A stretch of 64,000 bases of DNA from Vicugna vicugna (lineage: Eukaryota), in the NCBI GenBank assembly GCA_013265495.1, contig MU058423.1, positions 3,921,061 to 3,985,060 of the forward strand. Direction: 5' to 3'. The notes under the pieces were generated by a model. The model saw only the letters and a list, made by a program, of their open reading frames with translations. It did no database searches and was not told the origin of the DNA. Below are positions 12,981 to 26,094 of the stretch, piece by piece. Position numbers and translations under genes: made by a program. The first letter of the stretch is position 1; the number at the start of each line of letters is the position of its first letter.

Positions 12981-15900
12981 ACTGTCCGTTCCCTCTAGTG
13001 GAGTATATGCTCCTTCACCGGAGGGAACGTGTTTCTTATCTTTTATATCGAGCCCTTAGTACCAAGTCCAAAGTCAAAGTGCTTAATATCAAGTTGTTAT
13101 TCCTTTTCCCCAAATAGGAATATTTCAACCCCAATACAATCCTTGATAGTGTTGGGTGTGGCTAAATACTAACCATTAAGCATTTGAAATAGCTCTTTCA
13201 CGCTTCTTTTTGTGAAAGTTAAGGCTTTTTTGGATGTTCCCTTTCTTGGTTTCAGAAACCTTTTCTATGTCATGCACTATAGCCCTTAAATTTATCTAGT
13301 CTTCATTCATCCTCGAAATAATAATTACTTGGCAAAAATGCAGTGCATTTCTGAACGAAGGAAGTAATCCATTCATATTAATATTTGACTATGACAGATT
13401 ATTAACTCAAGTACATTTCAAGCATGAAAAAAAGGTCCTGTAAGTTTATTTTAGTTTAGTTTTTTGTATTATGAGACAAACTGCAACTTGGAAACACATC
13501 TGAAGCTTGGGTGATTGGTTTATGTCTTAACATTTGAGGATTTGCATGGATATAAAGAGCAGGCGGTCCCACTCTCTTTCTCCCTGAACTTGGGTTGACT
13601 CCTTCACATTCACCATGGCAACCTCAACAATCCACATGTACATGGACTCTGAAGTGTGCTGCCAAACTTGCCAGCCTCAGTAATGAATAGATATGAACCC
13701 CAGGATGTGTGACTCTCTCAGCAAGTCACTGCCAAGCTGATGTAATGCTAGAGTGGCATTTCTGTCTCACGGTGCATCACCAGGAAAATCTAGTCCTCAG
13801 CTGCAACCTTTGGGGACGTCTGTGTTGTCTCTCCTGCTAGAATATACGGCTAAACCCCTTTTGCCCTCTTCCCACCCTGACATTGATCAGTACAGCTTGC
13901 TTTGCATCCTCTGGTTTTAAACAGAGAAAGTAACATTGGAGGGCAAATATCGCTGGAGCAGGCGACTTTGGTTTAATGCAGCTTTTCCTTTGGTGGGAGT
14001 GCAAGCCCCAGCTGCTCTCATATTTAACCGACGCAGATCGTCATTTGCTTATCTGTTTAACTGCTCTTTCATCTGGGCCAGCTGCTGCTCCTGTGCGACT
14101 GTAGCCACTCCCAACTGGAAGGAAGCTGTCTTGGTATCCTAGTGGTTTAAACCTGCAAGATTGCTACCTGGAACTTGCACCCCAGATTGGCATCTGAAAT
14201 GGCCCTTTTATAAATAATGTTGCAGTATGTTATCATAAGAAATAAACTTTTAGGATACAATTCTATTTCAGCCTTCTACCACTAGGCATTTTAATCACAT
14301 TATTTTTACATAAACTGAGGCTTGATCATTGATTTCATAACCAAAAAATGACTTTGGTTCTGTTTAACATTACTTACAGCCTTTTACGAAAATTAGTTCT
14401 CTTTTTGACTTATCAAGACAATTTTATACTCAAAGGTAGTTATTACTCCTTCCATTGAAGTATTTGGGTCGGTTTAGTGGTATATTAATAATTATTAAAG
14501 TGAACTGGAAGCTGTATGGTTGGATTCCTGTTAGAGCTCCTAAAAAGACTTGAAATCAAAGCCTCTTTCCAAGTATTATTGATAGTTTTTTCCCCCAAAA
14601 AATAATTACTGTAGATCTCAGTGGCTTACATAGCATTTGTGTAACTTCCTCAGAAATGTAATCATTCCAACTGTCTTTTTTCTGTTTTACTATTTCAAAA
14701 AAAATAGCATGTTAGCCATGGGGACAAAGCTCCTTCAAAAGCTATAGTGGTACTTACTTTTCTGAGACAAATGATCTTACTGGACGTTGATTTGTTTAGT
14801 CTTAAGAAATAGGACTTCAGACAAGAGGCAAAGCAGGTTGTGTAATAATGTATGCATTGACAGCCACTAGTATTGGAAAACAAATATAATAGGACTGGAT
14901 TTTATGTTTAAACAAATACGATGTGAATCCAAAGTCTCGGTGAGAATCATTTGTCTTACATAAATATGCACGCTGAGCCCTGTGCTGGCGCTGATGATGG
15001 AGTTCTGCTGAGGCTCCGAGCGCTGCAGTAACATGGCTTCTCTGAATCACATTCAGCCAGTCGGGACATGATGAAAGAATGCAGGGTATAAACCCCTTGA
15101 GGGCCTGTGCGTCACCATCTAGAAAGGTTCTTGAAAGGGTAAGAACATTTTAAGTTTGATCAATCGGAGTCTGAGGAATAGGCTGTAGGGTTGAGGATTA
15201 AAGACAAGTTGAGGATTAAAAACTTTTGGAACTTGCAACAGTGAGTTACTAAGGAAGTTCCCAGGAGAAAGAGAGAGAGACAGAAAAGAGAGAGAGAGGC
15301 CTTTCAATCAGATGTCAATCAGCAACCTCTCCGTTTGGTCAGAATTCAGTCAAAATACATTTGATGATCATCAGCCGGTATTACCTAGTCCTGATGCAGA
15401 ACTGTGACACACAGAGCTTTTTTTTAGAGACCAAGTGCCCGCCAAAGTAGTTTTGGGTACATATCAAGAGGAAATGAAGGCTGGTATTGTGGACTTCAAA
15501 ATTAGAGCAACTTTTCCATGGATACTTCATTCAAAGAGGTGGTGGTTCTGTTTTCCCAGCCTGAAGGGACTTTTGCTTTTAAAATGTGTGAAACAGTGTT
15601 GCAGCTGGGTTTTCGTCTCTCTCATCACTGTTATTTTTCATAGATGCTAAGAAGCTGTTGCATCAGTATGTTATTGGAATTTAGATTGTGTTTGTAAAGG
15701 GGCCAGTCCAATTTAATGGTAGGGCCCTGGAGCAAGTACAGAAGGATAAGTAAAGGAGCCTGGCTAAGAATTTCTGAACTCAGAACAGATTCTAAGAGTT
15801 ATTTCTGGTCTTCTGGCTTTTGCCCTACCCTCCGGAAATTTACAGAACCCTGCCATGAAATCTGATAAAATAAGCAGTCGGACTTTTGAGAACCACTATT

Positions 15901-17944
15901 TATGGGCTCTGGCCAGCATGAGCAGACCACAGTGAGAACTGCCCTATGTCAAGTCTGTGGAAGAAGAGGGCCTCTTTCCTGGCTGGTGGGGGTGGGGCTG
16001 GGGCTGGGGTTGTGCTGGCCATGAGGACAGGGAGTGGTGGCAAGGGAGAGGGTCAGCCTCAGTGGAAGACTCAGGTCCTCAGAGTTGGCGTTGCATTCAG
16101 CATGAAGCCCATTTTCCATTTTCCTCTCTGGGTTACAGAGAGGAGGCTTTGTGCAGAGCAGGTCTTTGTACATCCACTAAGAATGACGAGGACAGCTGGG
16201 TTGCTTGGTGAGACACAAAGCAGGAAAGCAGGAGACAAAAGCAGGTGGGAGGAATGAAGGAGGGAGCATTGGGTAAGGCGGGCGGCTGAGTCTAGTTTAT
16301 TCCTCACTTTGTGCCCGTCCCATCCATGTCTCGCCGGGACCTTACACCCCCTTATGTTCTGTGGTCAGTGCTCACTCATAACAGGAGCTGGCTGGCTTGC
16401 CCTGCACAACAAGATTTGAAGGGCCTGTTAGTGAGGGGCTTCTGTTCCCGGATCTGTTTTCTGGGTAAAGAGGTGCGGATACCTGCATAGCTAGAATGTC
16501 ACCTTAGATACCATCATTTCCTCTTCCCGAGAAAACCCAATGCACTCCTGGAACCTGTGTGCCAACTGCTGCCATGTGGGCTCTCATAGGTTTTATGCCA
16601 AAAATAAAATACAGTTAAAGCATACTGTAACAGAGCTACTTCACCAGGACATAAAAACACTGCTATGGAAAGTCAGGAAAAAAAAAAAAGATACTTCTGA
16701 ATTGAAATTAAGGTGCACACTCATTTATAAACAGGAAAGACTGAAAATTTTCCATTTTAGAGCTCATCTAGAAATACCAGCTTTCCTCCTTCTCCTTGGA
16801 TGGAAAACTTAAACTCCCCTCCTGTGTGGTGCTTCTTACAGTTTATGATTCCCAGTTCAGGCTCTTTCTCTAACTCTCAGTAGAAGAAGAAAGTAGTTTA
16901 GAGCTATTCTGGCATATAGGTCTTTCTGGTCAAACCAGTGATACAGGTCACAGCCGGTCCAGTAGGAACCCAAGTTCGCCCAACCTGGGTTCTGCATCTG
17001 GGCACAGTATCCAGCCAAATGGTGCTTTCATAGACCCTCTCCCCAGACCAGTTCTCTTAAGCAGTCTTTCTTCTGAAACTTTGCTTATTTCTAGTAGAGG
17101 GGAAAAGAAGGGACATGGATTTCTGTCCAGAAATAATAGCTTCCTGTCCTTTGTAAAGGCCAACTTCAGACCTGGCAAAGACGCCTCCTTGGGAGGCAGT
17201 TACCTATGAAAGCTGGGTGACAGGGTTTGAAACTGACAAAGGAATGCGGACTTGGCTTTTCTCCAGAAAGGTGGCTTTTTGCCCGCGCACCTTCAGTTCC
17301 ATTAATCAGGAATAGTCCTTTAAAAAACAAAACCTCCACAAACCTCCTGTTCCATGCCCCAGGCAGTCTTCCTGTGCCAAGTAATCTGTGATGGCTAGTC
17401 AGGCGTTCTGGTACTTTTCCCCTTGAACCCGGGTTATGCGGCTTCTTGGAACCTCTGTAAGAGGTTTGTTTAGGCTGACAGAGCTCTCAAAATTTTAGCC
17501 CTGCCCTTTCTCTCCTGAAGTTTCCATCAGTGTCTCGTCTTCCCGGTCCCTTCTTCAGAGGATCACTTTGCCTGGGAGAAGTACAGGCAGAGGTGTTTTC
17601 CTTGACAGTCTGGAGAGATTGTAACATGCATAGTGGTTCCTGGATGTGGGGAAAGGAAGCCAAAATAGTACCCACCAGTTTTCCTACGTGCAGTGTGTGC
17701 CCTTACTCTTCAGAGCTGCCCTTTGCTCTCTGCCATGTTACTCACTTGAAGATCTCACAGCCCTTCGTGACTGTTAGTCATTTGCAGGAACTGAAATACA
17801 ATGGAGATTCTTGTTTCTATTTATAGACAGGTAAACTGAGATGAAAGGAAAATTAGCCTTGGAATTGAATCTTGTTGGTTTTTTATTTCCATCTTTAAAT
17901 CAAACTGTATCCCCCCCACCTCCAGTTAAAACTAAAAGCGATAG

Positions 17945-18115
17945 CCTAGCACAGGAAACTATATTCAGTATCTTGTAGTAGCTTATGGTGGAGAAGAATA
18001 TGAAAACAAATATATGTATATTCATGCATGACTGAATCATTGCAGTGTACACCAGAAATTAACAGAACATTATAAACTGACTACACTTCAATTTAAAAAA
18101 GAGAAAAAGAAAAAA
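17945..18115 (+). mobile_element. 5'-truncated L1 3' end (young, lineage-specific type)
   Basis: gcacaggaaactatattcagtatcttgtagta...tgtacaccagaaatt...aaactgactacacttcaattt followed by an A-rich tail. Closely similar to 44695-44845 in this window. Confidence 0.88.
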
Positions 18116-18379
18116 TATCTATAGCCACTTAATGAAAAAAAATTCACATGCAATCTTGTACTGGGTTAAAAATGCAATTGTTATAGTCATTGTAACATGT
18201 TTGTAACTTACTGTGTTTAGAATTTTAAAACTGAGTGTGTTGGAAAAAAAGGTTCCCACCCAGCTTTCTCTTACGCAGTTAAACTTAGTGCAAGTCACTG
18301 TTTTAAGGAGCTTTGTGTGTTTGGATTGACAATTGCTTAATAAACAATTGAAAAAGTTAAGCATAACCTACAAGTCATT

Positions 18380-18568
18380 TAGTGCCATGAGTCACTCCCT
18401 GACAAGCCAATAAGACAAGAGAAGCCGGTTGCAAAACAATTACTAGCCCAGCCTGAGGGACCCTGGAAATATATTACAGGTATCCTTAGGAAAACAAAGC
18501 AGCAGTGTTTTACCGCGCTGCAGAGAACACGCGAAGATTGCTAACCAAACAAAATTACCTGACTGACA
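18380..18568 (+). promoter_or_regulatory. Putative internal promoter/5'UTR of VAV3.1
   Basis: AP-1 consensus TGAGTCA at 18388-18394, CCAAT box (AGCCAAT) at 18407-18411 and AT-rich TATATTA at about 18470-18476, all directly upstream of the in-frame ATG in non-repetitive sequence. Confidence 0.55.
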
Positions 18569-18619
18569 ATGCCAATTTTTACATTTGTTTCAGAACACGG
18601 GACGCTCAAACCACCTGAG
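18569..18619 (+). CDS. VAV3: Alternative first coding segment of the short VAV3.1-type isoform (MPIFTFVS-EHGTLKPPE)
   Basis: ATG at 18569-18571 (context gacaATGc, A at -3) is in frame with exon 18. The peptide MPIFTFVS matches the recalled human VAV3.1 N-terminus MPIFTFLS. Confidence 0.82.
18594..18619 (+). CDS. VAV3: VAV3 26-bp micro-exon (approx. exon 18), C1-SH3 linker
   Basis: Acceptor tttacatttgtttcAG, donor GTAAGA at 18620. Phase 1 in, phase 0 out. Encodes (E)HGTLKPPE, matching the recalled VAV3 linker EQGTLKLPE. Confidence 0.93.
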
Positions 18620-21600
18620 GTAAGATTAACATTTAATTTTTTTATATAGCTTTTGCATTTCAGATTGTTTGCTAACTTAAGCAGTGTCAAACTTCTAGAA
18701 AGTTAAATGTGCCTTTTAAAATGGATAGAAATAAAGTGAACAGTCATGTTCTCAAGACTGAAATGCACAGGTTAAATCAGAAGAATTTTTATAGCCACCA
18801 TCTGAAGACCTTAGGTAAAGGAAAAATGGGAATATTTAATCAAAGACTGTGTGCGAAATGGGACATTCTGAGTCTTAGGTACTCTTTTATTCAGGTAAAT
18901 TTCAGATAAATATTGTAGCAATGTTGTGGCACTAATATTGGGGTACGTTTTCCTAGTTCCCAGCTACAGAATTCCGCAAACCCTGAGGCTTATAAGACTT
19001 AATGCATCTGAAGTCATTCCCTTGGAATGAAGAGCTTTGATTCAGTTAGGACAGAAAGAAACGTGGTCCTCATCCCAGGAGGTCGATAGACCTGCCCCCC
19101 GTTCCCTGTTGTGAAATGTATCACTGCCCAACATTCCTTAATACTAAAAAGTTCTAACGTTCTTCATCTAAGGTTGTGGTTTCATGTTTCTACTAGGTTT
19201 CCATTTGCACACAAACATGATTCTATACCATGTCTTACTGATCACATCAAAATCTGATAACGTTTCCTTTTGGTTTAATACAGAGTCTGAGGTCTAATGG
19301 CTTAGAAGTACGTGATCCCTGCCACGTCTCAGAATAAAACTCTTAAAAAAAAAATGAAAGAATGAAAAACAGGGCAGATTACAGACAGCCAGTGCCTTGG
19401 CCTTCAACCGAAAGTAATATATTTCTTAGCAGACCTCCCAAAAACTCATAGCAAAGGAAATTAAAATGTAAAGTGTCTGTGATTAGTTATGTGAGCCAGA
19501 AGTACAATAATCTGAGAATTTCAGAATACAAGAATGACCAAAATAAATTCTGTTGTTTTAACAGCATAACAATGATATCTCATTAAGAGTGGCATCATAT
19601 TAGTATGTTTTTAATAGGCTGGCATTTATATAGTTGGTAAAAGTAATGAGAAGTACAGCGAGATGTCAGATAAGAGGTAATTGCTTCTACTTTTTGCATA
19701 AGCACATGATTTGTGCATATCGGGTATCAAGAACGTGAAATGAGGAAATTTATATACACCCTTTCAGTGTTCATCAGTTGACTGTATTTTAGAACTTAGG
19801 ATCTAACTCAAGGAATGCATAACAAGATAATAATTTTTTAAAAATAGGCCGTGCAAGTTCTTCTAGGGCTAAAATAAATTAACGTAAGCTTTTCTTTTAG
19901 TGTTTGGTCGACAGGTAAGATTTTTTCATTGGGCTTGTAAGGGTTTTTCAGCAGTGCCAATAAAGATCTTGGAAAGCAGCCTTCTTTTTCCCACTTTTAC
20001 ACTGTTATTAGGTTATTGACATAGGTTTCCTTGTAAAGCTCGGAACTTTAACTCAATTTTACTTTACGTTTATCCCATTAGATATAAGTTTTTCCCCCCC
20101 AGGGAAGATGATTTCACTTGATTTTATAAGTAATGTGAAGTGGCTGTATTGACAGAAAGTATGCTAATGAGAAGTGGTTAATAATTTTCACATGATACAA
20201 AATAATTCTCTCCAGGCATTTTATACTCTTGAAAATTACATGTAAATCTGTCGTGAAAGGAATTAATTTTCACATTAATTTTTTAAAATGTAGCATCAGT
20301 GTTTTAGTGACTTGTTTAACTTTTGACTATAATAAGTGTAATTTTTATTTAGTGTGTGATTCTGCTAATAATCTCTACTTTGGATGGATAATTATAGTAA
20401 GTTCTTATACTGGCCAATCCACTTGGAAACTTTAATTAGCTTAAGGGAGAAGTGTAGCGAAAGAATGTTGAGAAGCACCTTAACCTCCCTCCTGAGACTT
20501 TGTAGAAGATACATTCACTCTCTGAGGCAGTTGCTAATGTGATGTTCAGGAGCCTCCCAGAAGTAAATGATGAAGCCCTTTTGTAAGCTCCATGGTTTTC
20601 TCCCTCTTCTCCTGAAGGTCTTCTTTTTCTCCATGTAACAGTTTGTAGTCTTATTCTGTACCCCTTTCAGTAACCATGGTTGTGAATTTGTATTTTTAAT
20701 TGTATACTTCATTCTCAAGGTAGGTCAGTTTTCAGTAGTCACAGGAACCCTGGGCCTCCCTAATCACACCTGATACAATTGCATCCTGTTCCAGAGCGGG
20801 CCTTCAGAAGCCACTTGTAGCTCCAGGAAGCAAGGTTATCACTGCCTATCTATTCAACACGTGTCTACTTTAAATCTATTTTTTAGGGTAGATTTCTCTA
20901 CCTTTACCACAGGTAGGGGAACCAAAGCCAGTTTCATAGAACAAATGAAACTTTGCTTGTTTTGTTGGTAAAATCAACAGAGAAAATTAGGTTTCTCCCA
21001 AAAGAGGCAAGAAGAAAGATTCTTGGACGTATTTCTTTTAGAGAAAGTAAGGTAATAATCGGTAATGAAGCAAGAAATTAAATTAGGCTGGTTGGTTGTT
21101 TTATTTCCCCCTCTTCTAGGTAGATCGAGGAGATCTAGAATGTTCTGAAGACTGATTGCCCCGATCTCCTAGGGCTGTAACAGAGAGCTCCCGGGGGTGG
21201 CTGCTGGATGTGCCTGCCTCTCCCTGCTGGGGACAAGGTCCTGTCCAGCTCTGCCCTAGGCTTTTGAGAATATAGGTCGGGGCAAGGAGTGTGTTGGGTG
21301 GGGTATGGCACAATGACGATTGAAATTTGCATTTTAAAATTGTTCAAATACGTTCTGCTAAACATTTCCAATTTTTTTTTTACAATATAAAATACTTTTT
21401 AGGTGCTTTTAAAGTGTAATAAATCTCAGACTCTCCAAATGCACTTGGTCTGAGTGGCTGAAATTCTCTTTTAAATGCACCAGATTGTAGTTTGTCCGCT
21501 GCCTACTCTTCCCGTAGAAAAGTTTGTTTTCAGGGTCACTGATTTTCAGTGACTTTCAGGAGGGAAAGCCCAAGACATAAGTAGAAGAAGTTTTCATTTA

Positions 21601-21654
21601 GATGAGTTCAGACATTCAAAATATCATGAAATTAACAACAATGACAGTGGTTAA

Positions 21655-21900
21655 TAATAATAATAATAAGCTATCACTCAGTCCTTACTTTGTGTCAAGA
21701 ACTTTTCGAAGCACTTAACATAAATTAACTCATTTAATTCTCACCACAAATGCTGTGAAGGAGGTAGTCATCACCCCCATTTTACAGATGAAAAAACAAG
21801 CATAGAGACTCTAACTTGCTCCTGATCAAACAGGTGCCGGGTGGCAGGGTCTGAATTGGAGCTTTGTCTGATTCTAGAGTCCATACTCTTACTGACTGTA
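21655..21900 (-). mobile_element. MIR SINE
   Basis: attaactcatttaattctcaccacaa...ccccattttacagatgaaaaaac...tctgattctagagtcca. Confidence 0.85.
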
Positions 21901-23571
21901 CCCGGTTCCCTATGCTAATCCTAACTGCAAGGTCACAGAGAATCGCTCTTGGACTGAAAGGCTCCTTTTCACTTTCTAAGTTAATAGTTCTTAAGCAGTG
22001 CTAGTCTAGGCGTTCCAGGAATAAAGCTCAAAGGTGGAATTCCTTCCTTGCCTTCCCAGCACTTGGATAGGAGGAGGACGAAGAGTAATAGAAAGCCAGC
22101 TTCTGCTGTACATTAAGAAGGTGGAGGGCAATGTAGGAAGTACGCAGCCACAGACATCCATCATTATATATTTTCCTATTAAAAATGCTGTCATTTATAT
22201 AGAGGGTTCCAAAAATTTTATAACGCTTTTGATAGAAAAGAGGTTTTGTTTTGTTTTTTTTTTTTTTTGAAAGCAGTTTTCTTCCAAGTTACGGGATATG
22301 GGTCTGTAGCTCACCATGCTCTCCCCTTTGCCTGCTTGGCTACTAAGAAGCCCAGTGCAGTATTTTCTTCTCCTCGTTCACAACGGCTCTCTTTGTACTA
22401 GTTTTTTTTCTTTTTTCCTTTCCCTCAGCGCAGCCATCCATCTTGTTCAGCATAGCTTAGTGCTGATTCAGTGATCAGATCGGGCTTTTGCAAATCCATT
22501 TTGAAAGCAGTTGGGTTAAAAACAAAATTATATTTTGAAGATTTCTTCAGTTTGCTTTTAGCTGAGAACCCTGAAACCCGCTTTGAGGCCCTTTGGCAGG
22601 CTGTGAGACCCCATTTCACCCATCTAGCCTGTGAATGAGAACACGAAGAACCCTAAGGAAAACCCATGGCTTATGTGTGGTTGGCAAAGCCAGGTGTGCC
22701 ATGAATGAAACGAAGTCATCACACGCAGGCACGAACCCCAACACACACAGAAAGGAAGTGGCTTTTGGGAAAGTCTGAATAACATGGTAGTTATGGACTG
22801 AGCATTTCATCCAGTTACATAACAAAAAGTGACCAATCAAGTCCTTATTAATTAGTGAGCTTACCATAGTTATTAGGTAGGAATGAATTTATTGCTTATG
22901 AAATCGAACATGTAACCAGGCATTTTCAAAGATTTAAAACCTCTTTTGGTTTGCGTCTTACCTACAATTTTTGTAGTGCACAATGTTTCTTACAGATAAC
23001 TTTTCTATAATAAGAATTTACTTTCATGGTTCACAAGCTGCATGCCAGTTTTGTTTCTTAAAATATTCAGAGAGCACTGATCCGTAATTAAAACACCGTC
23101 CTCATTTATGTGTTTGCTAAAATCAGAGCTTGAGATCTTTGCTTGGAGGTCGTATGCTCTCTGCAGGCCCCGGAAGCAGCTGCAGTAGGGTTTTGGAGAT
23201 TGCATGTCTTTGTTGGGAGCATTTTCTAAGCAAGAATGGCTGCTTGGGCTTTGTTTTCATAATTCCTGTTGTCATGACTTTTTAAAAAATGACTCATTAT
23301 ACCCAGAGACGGCAAATGAAAAGATATTTCTTTCCCAAAGCACTGTATCAATGACTTCTCAAATTCAGTGGTATTCGAGTGGAAGGCATTACTGGAGAAA
23401 TGAAAGATTAAATTATAAAAACCAACTTTGGAACCAAGCGGTTTGATAAAAATTTAGTCATTTTTTTAAATGGAAAAAGTGCAACATTCATTAGTCTTCT
23501 AAAGTGTCACAGAATGATACAATTTGGTAATACAGAATCTTTGTTTTGCTTTGTTTTGCCTTTCTGCACAG

Positions 23572-23617
23572 AAACGGACCAATGGCCTCCGAAGAACTCC
23601 CAGACAGGTGGATCCAG
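23572..23617 (+). CDS. VAV3: VAV3 coding exon (approx. exon 19), basic linker before the N-terminal SH3
   Basis: Long pyrimidine tract followed by cacAG; donor GTGTGT at 23618. The 46 bp encode KRTNGLRRTPRQVDP + 1 nt, in phase with exon 18. Confidence 0.94.
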
Positions 23618-25687
23618 GTGTGTGATTAAGCCCCATAATCATTTCTCCAGTTAAGTGATGATGAGAGTGTGTGGGAATTGCTGTAGAAATCAGACAGATT
23701 GCTGGCCTTTGTTCCTGGCAGTTTGGCGTATAATGTGCGACCAGGAGGTAACCTTCTCCTGGGTAAATCATTTACCCGGGACAGGGTCACATGGTGAGCA
23801 GCCATCAGCACCACAGTCTTTCCACAATCAGCAGTTGAGCTGATTATTTGCTTACTGAACAGCCTCAGGGTGCCTAGTTAATGCTAACGTACCCAACACC
23901 CTTCCCTGCTCCCGCCCAAACCTGGGAAAAATCAACCAGCAAACTGGCACTTAAAAAATCAACATTTTCTAAGAGGGTGGGGTTCATAAACCAGGCAATT
24001 TTGGTACCCTCCCCACTTGGGAAAGTCCTTTTCTTTATTCTATGTCTGTACGATTTCGTTATAGGAGAGTGAATGTAAGGACTTGGTGAACAAGTGTCCT
24101 CCCTGGAGACCAGTTTTCTGTCTGCAGAGAGCGTTCACTTGTTCTCTGTTTAACATCATGAGGTTAGCTCTGTCGTTACTTTTGAATAATTATTTTTTCA
24201 TCCATTAAGCAATGCCTTCCAGAGTTTAACCAAAAATTTGTTATGTATATGATCATATTATTGTGGGTAAAAAGGTATTCATGGCTAAAGGATTCCAAAT
24301 ATATGAACTCAATGGTAAATCAAGTGGAGCATGAAATACAGAGCAGTCTTGCTGGAAAATAATCTGGATTGTATGTTTTGTTTTCTCATCATAAACAGCC
24401 TTCACCTCGTTGTAAAGTTTAGCTTCCAAAGTATTACAGCTTTTACCTGAAACCACACCCATGGTAACCATGCCAGTTTATGAGCTGTTTGTAAAGATTT
24501 ATAGGAGCTTTGTTGCCTCTGGCTAGAAATTGCCTCACTTGTGTCTTGAGATCAGTTTAAATCTTTTAAGTACAAAACAAAATTAAGGCCATTAAAGAAA
24601 ATAGGGTTTACGTTTTTATTGGTTCTAACTTTCCCAAGACAATGCCCTTTACAGGAGGCTCTGCAGTCATATTTAAAAGTGACTGCTTCTGTTCCATTTA
24701 GCAGCGGGTGCATGACTGTGAACATAATACTTTTTCCTTTATTCTGTATAAGTTACAGTATTCTGTTTCTGAAAATTATCTAAACTTTGTATCAATATTA
24801 TTTTTAAAAATATTTCCTCTTCCATGGGCATTTTCACTTAATCTATTTTTCCCCAAGGAAATGCATTTCTATATTTATAGTGTGTCAGTAGGAGCACATT
24901 TGACCATTAACAATGTACTTTATAGCCAAAATCTTTAAGAGCCCTAGATTATTTAAAGGTAGGTATGGTGAATTCATGATTATAAATACAACAAAGTGGA
25001 CCATAATAAAATACTTTATTCTCCTTTTCCTAAAGATGATGGCTTTCTATGGGTATAACTCTTCTGGTGTTTCTGCTTATTCAGAGTGTTTAGAACCCCA
25101 TGAAGAATAAACATACACATACAGAAGAAACGGTGCTATATGTGATGTTTGAGGAAAACCAGTGTCTATTTATAGCTTTCCATTAGGTATAGTAAACATA
25201 TATGGGTGTTTTCTCATTTTTCCACACTTAGAAAAAAATTAGTTGGTGATCTTGCCTGTTGTAGATCCTAATGCAAAAACCATTTCTCCCCGTAGGGTGT
25301 CTTTTGATGCTGGGCTTGAATTATGTGTTTAGGGTTGGTTGTCATTTGCATCTTTGCTGCTTTCTGTTGGCACGTGGCAGAGCTTTTTTGCTCACAGCTA
25401 ACCCTTGCGTGATAACTGTCTTGCTCTGAGTTGTTCCTGATGTAGCTGCTGGTGAGGTTTTCACAGTTGTGTGGGAGATGCTTCACTCCACGGTGTTTAA
25501 ACAAGGGATCAACAAAGTCGAGACTTCGTCAGTCTGGACAAACTGCTTCCGAGGGGCATTATTTGCCACTACTGTTTTTACCATAAAAGTTGCTTCAATC
25601 TTTTTTAGCGATTTTAGTTGACTTCTCCACGTTAACACGCTGTTTGCTTTCCAGGGCCTCAGAGTGGCTGGTAGAGAAACGTGATTA

Positions 25688-25833
25688 GGAGAGAGGGCAT
25701 AGCTCAGTGATAGAGTGCATGCTTAGCATGCACGAGGTCCTGAGTTCGATCCCCAGTGCTGTTAAATAAATAAATACATGAATAAAAATCCAACTGCCTC
25801 CCCCCAACAAAAAATAAAAAATTAAAAAAAAAA
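25688..25833 (+). mobile_element. tRNA-Ala(AGC)-derived SINE (camelid vic-1-like)
   Basis: gggcatagctcagtgatagagtgcatgcttagcatgcacgaggtcctgagttcgatccccagt followed by an AT-rich body, a C-run and an A tail. Same family as 11432-11556. Confidence 0.9.
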
Positions 25834-26094
25834 GATTAAATAATTTGGGAGGTCAGAGGTAACCACTTCACCAGTACCGAATTTCAGAGCCATGTACAAA
25901 GGTCAATGATATATTTTCTCGGTAGACCTTTTGTTTTGGAGAGGAGCCTAATGCATAGCTCTTTGGAAGTAGTAGTAGTAAGTGCTTAATATTTGTTAAA
26001 TGAATTAATGAATGGCTGCATACTTTTTCTGCATGCATTGGCTCTCTTGCTTTTTAAATTCCTCCTGCTGATAAAGTGGACCAGTGTACTCATG

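Noticed and set aside
23605..23613. Alternative internal donor CAG|GTGGAT in exon 19
   Set aside because: It would remove 10 nt and shift the phase; the downstream donor preserves the VAV3 peptide.
25688..25760. Functional tRNA-Ala(AGC) gene (also 11432-11495)
   Set aside because: The acceptor stem is degenerate and is followed by a SINE body and A tail; the other copy has a TSD. These are SINEs.
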